Assembly: GCA_963514005.1 (NCBI GenBank)
Contig: OY740783.1
Coordinates: 5,952,001 to 6,016,000, forward strand
DNA: 64,000 nt
DNA from: Raja brachyura
Taxonomy: Eukaryota
Direction: 5' to 3'
Part shown: in pieces, positions 61,101 through 64,000 of the stretch
Position numbering within the stretch: the first letter of the stretch is position 1
How the letters are laid out: every line of letters starts with the position of its first letter
The notes under the pieces: generated by a model
Databases searched by the model: none
Told to the model about the DNA's origin: nothing
Seen by the model: only the letters and a program-made list of their open reading frames with translations
Program-made: the position numbers and the translations under genes

Positions 61101-63215
61101 CCATCTTCCCATCAACTCTGACCAGCTTCCCTGTCCCTGCTGAAGAAAAGCATCCCCACAGCATGATGCTACCACCACCATGTTTCACAGTGGGGATGGT
61201 GTGTTCAGGGTGATGTGCAGTGTTAGTTTTCCACCACACATAGCGTTTTGCATTTAGGCCAAAAACTTCAATTTTGGTCTAATTAGACCAGAGCACCTTT
61301 CTCCACATGCTTGCTGTGTCCCCCACATGGCTTGTGGCAAACTGCAAACAGGACTTCTTATGGCTTTGTTTCACCAATGGCTTTCTTCTTGCCGCTCTTC
61401 CATAAAGGCCCGATTTGTGGAGTACACGACTAATAGTTGGCCTGTGGACAGATTCTCCCAACTGAGCTGTGGATCTCTGCAGTTCCTCCAGAGTTACCAT
61501 GGGCCTCTTGGCTGCTTCTCTGATCAATGCTCTCCTTGCCCAGCCTGTCAGTTTAGGTGGACGGCCATGTCTTGGTAGGTTTGCAGTTGTGCCATGCTCT
61601 TTCCATTTTCGGATGATGGATTGAAGAGTGCTCCGTGAGATGTTCAAAGCTTGGGATATTTATTTATAACCTAACCCTGCTTTAAACTTCTCCACAACTT
61701 TATCCCTGACCTGTCTGGTGTGTTCCTTGGGCTTCATGATGCTGTTTGTTCACTAATGTTCTCTAACAAACCTCTGAGGCCTTCACAGAACAGCTGCATT
61801 TATACTAAGATTAGATTACACACAAGTGGACTTTATTTACTAATTTGGTGACTTCTGAAGGCAATTGGTTGCACTGGATTTTATTTAGGGGTATCAGAGT
61901 AAAGGGGGCTGAATACTTTTGCACCCCACACTTTTCAGTTTTTTATTTGTAAAAAAAATTTAAAACCATGTATCATTTTCCTTCTGCTTCATAATTATGT
62001 GCCACTTTGTGTTGGTCTATCACATAAATTCCCAATAAAATACATTTACGTTTATGGTTGTAACGTGACAAAATGTGGAAAAGTTCAAGGGGTATGAAAA
62101 CTTTTGCAAGCCACTGTATATTGTAAATAGCTTCTGTCCCAGCACTGAGCCTTGCGGTACACCACTAGTCACTGCCTGCCATTCTGAAAGGGACTCGTTA
62201 ATCCCTACTCTTTGTTTCCTGTCTGCCAACCAATTTTCTATCCATGTTAGCACTCTACCCCCAATACCATGTGCCCTAATTTTGCCCTCTAATCTCCTAT
62301 GTGGGATCTTATCAAATGCTTTCTGAAAGTCCAGGTACACTACATCCACTGTCTCTCCCTTGTCCATTTTCCTAGTTACATCTTCAAAAAATTCCAGAAG
62401 ATTAGTCAAGCATGATTTCCCCTTCATAAATCCATGCTGACTCGGACCGATCCTGTTACTGCTATCCAAACGTGCGGCTATTTCATCTTTTATAATTGAC
62501 TCCAGCATCTTCCCCACCACCGATGTCAGGCTAACAGGTCTATACTTCCTTTTTTTTTTCTCTCCTGCCTTTCTTAAAAAGTGGGATAACATTAGCTACC
62601 CTCCAATCCACAGGAACTGATCCTGAGTCTATAGAACATTGGAAAATTATCACCAATGCATCCATTATTTCTAGAGCCACTTCCTTAAGTACCCTGGAAT
62701 GCAGGCCATCAGGCCCTGGGGATTTATCAGCCTTCAGTCCCATCAGTCTACCTAACACCATTTCCTGCCTCATGTGGATTTCCTTCAGTTCCTCCGTCAC
62801 CCCAGATCCTATGGGCACTACTATATCTGGAAGATTGTTTGTGTCCTCCTTAGTGAAGACAGATCCAAAGTACCTGTTCAACTCATCTGCCATTTCCTTG
62901 TTCCCCATAATAATTTCACCTTTTTAGGTCTTCAAGGGTCCAACTTTGGTCTTAACTAATTTTTTCCTCTTCACATACCTAAAGAAGCTTTTAGAAACAT
63001 AGAAACATAGACAATAACATTTTACTATCCTCCTTTATATTTTTGGCTAGCTTACCTTCGTACTTATCTTTTCACCCTGTATTGTCTTTTTAGTTATCTT
63101 CTGTTGCTCTTTAAACATTACCCAATTCTCTTGCTTCCCGCTCATCTTTGCTACGTTGTACTTCTTCTCTTTTATTTTTATACTGTCCCTGACGTCCCTT
63201 GTCAGCCACGGGTGA
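58146..63215 (-). mobile_element. CR1 copies with a (CAATAGA)n tail, one interrupted by the Tc1 element
   Basis: RT motifs in ORFs 59084-59647 and 62020-62908. Confidence 0.85.
60464..62116 (-). mobile_element. Tc1 DNA transposon, Passport-like, with a defective transposase (~61737-60680)
   Basis: TA duplication and ~210-bp TIRs CAGTGGCTTGCAAA with inner repeats. [66 protein letters not shown]. Contains stops and a frameshift. Confidence 0.93.
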
Positions 63216-64000
63216 CGTTTCGGGTCGAGACCCTTCTTCACACTGCATCTGACTGCATTCAATCCAGCATCTGTAGTTCCTTCTTAAACAGTTCCTTGGG
63301 ATGATCAGTGGGAGTCTGGATTCCATGTTCCTTGGCCAGAGCACACACACGTTTTTCAAATTGACCAATGCTGCGATCAATGTGTACACCCAAGTATTGT
63401 ATATTTTGTTTGGTTTTAGCAAATGAATGCACCGCAATGCAACAAAATCAGTGACGCAATTATTCAATACATTATTGCCACATGCACCTAGGTACAGTGA
63501 TATTCTTTATTTTTGCATACAATCTAGTAAAATCGCACAGCAGACCTCACCTAGGCAGTGCACAGTGGGTCCCCATGTTTCTGCCGCAGTGAAAGTTACA
63601 AAATGTCTATCGAACAAACATCGATGACAGTTCAGTCAAAAGTCTATTTCTTTGCACCTATAGAATCCGTCCTTGAATTTACCATTTAACCATTTAACCA
63701 TAGCTGTGATTAACCATTTAATCACAGCTATGCATTATCGATATATCTGCTGGTCACTTCGCGGCCAATGACACCACATGGGTATCTCCATAAACATTGT
63801 TCTTTCATATTCTACAAGGGCAGAGGAATGTACTGCTCATATACGGATCAAAGCCCCCACAACTGTTATAAACAAATATTATAGGGGTGGGTGACCATTG
63901 ACGAGACCCAATGACAAAGCCCATTTGACTCTTTCGTATGAAATACACTGGGACAGACTAAACTTCTGGACTTTTTTAAGGATGTAACAAGTAGAATGGA

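Larger units (their letters stand above)
46558..63915 (+). repeat. Old segmental duplication of non-TE blocks: A (46558-47004 vs 57483-57923) and B (47845-48127 vs 63618-63915)
   Basis: Same order and orientation, alignable by eye (for example acatcgatgacagttcagtcaaaagtc). Confidence 0.8.

Noticed and set aside
3628-63215. Recurring ~60-bp repeats resembling a CRISPR-like array
   Set aside because: They are dispersed CR1 3' ends with 7-8-bp tail repeats, not regularly spaced repeat-spacer units.

Overview
Vertebrate genomic DNA from a cartilaginous fish, probably a skate or ray judging by the repeat families and the Ig sequence. Three N-gaps lie at 4.9-7.0 kb. The only host gene is a complete, unrearranged cluster-type IgM heavy-chain locus on the minus strand (20199 to 3595): leader, VH (23-RSS), D1 (12/22), D2 (12/12), JH (23-RSS), Cmu1-Cmu4 with secretory tail, TM1 and TM2. 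All exons are open and phase-compatible. Its oddities are a VH with the invariant FR2 Trp replaced by Leu, a degenerate V nonamer, a GC-AG TM1-TM2 intron, a GC-box promoter with no octamer, and an inverted, octamer-bearing duplication in the J-C intron. The rest of the window is nested transposons: many CR1 LINE pieces, two full-length DIRS1-like tyrosine-recombinase retrotransposons, a Passport-like Tc1 element, Penelope-like elements with minimal hammerhead motifs, Rex1, L1 and HERO-like fragments, and MITEs. The most interesting inferred system is a set of splice sites conserved in both DIRS copies. These would let one ATG just after the gag stop start either Pol (unspliced) or the tyrosine recombinase (spliced in frame). 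This is a prediction from sequence only and has not been checked against transcripts or literature.
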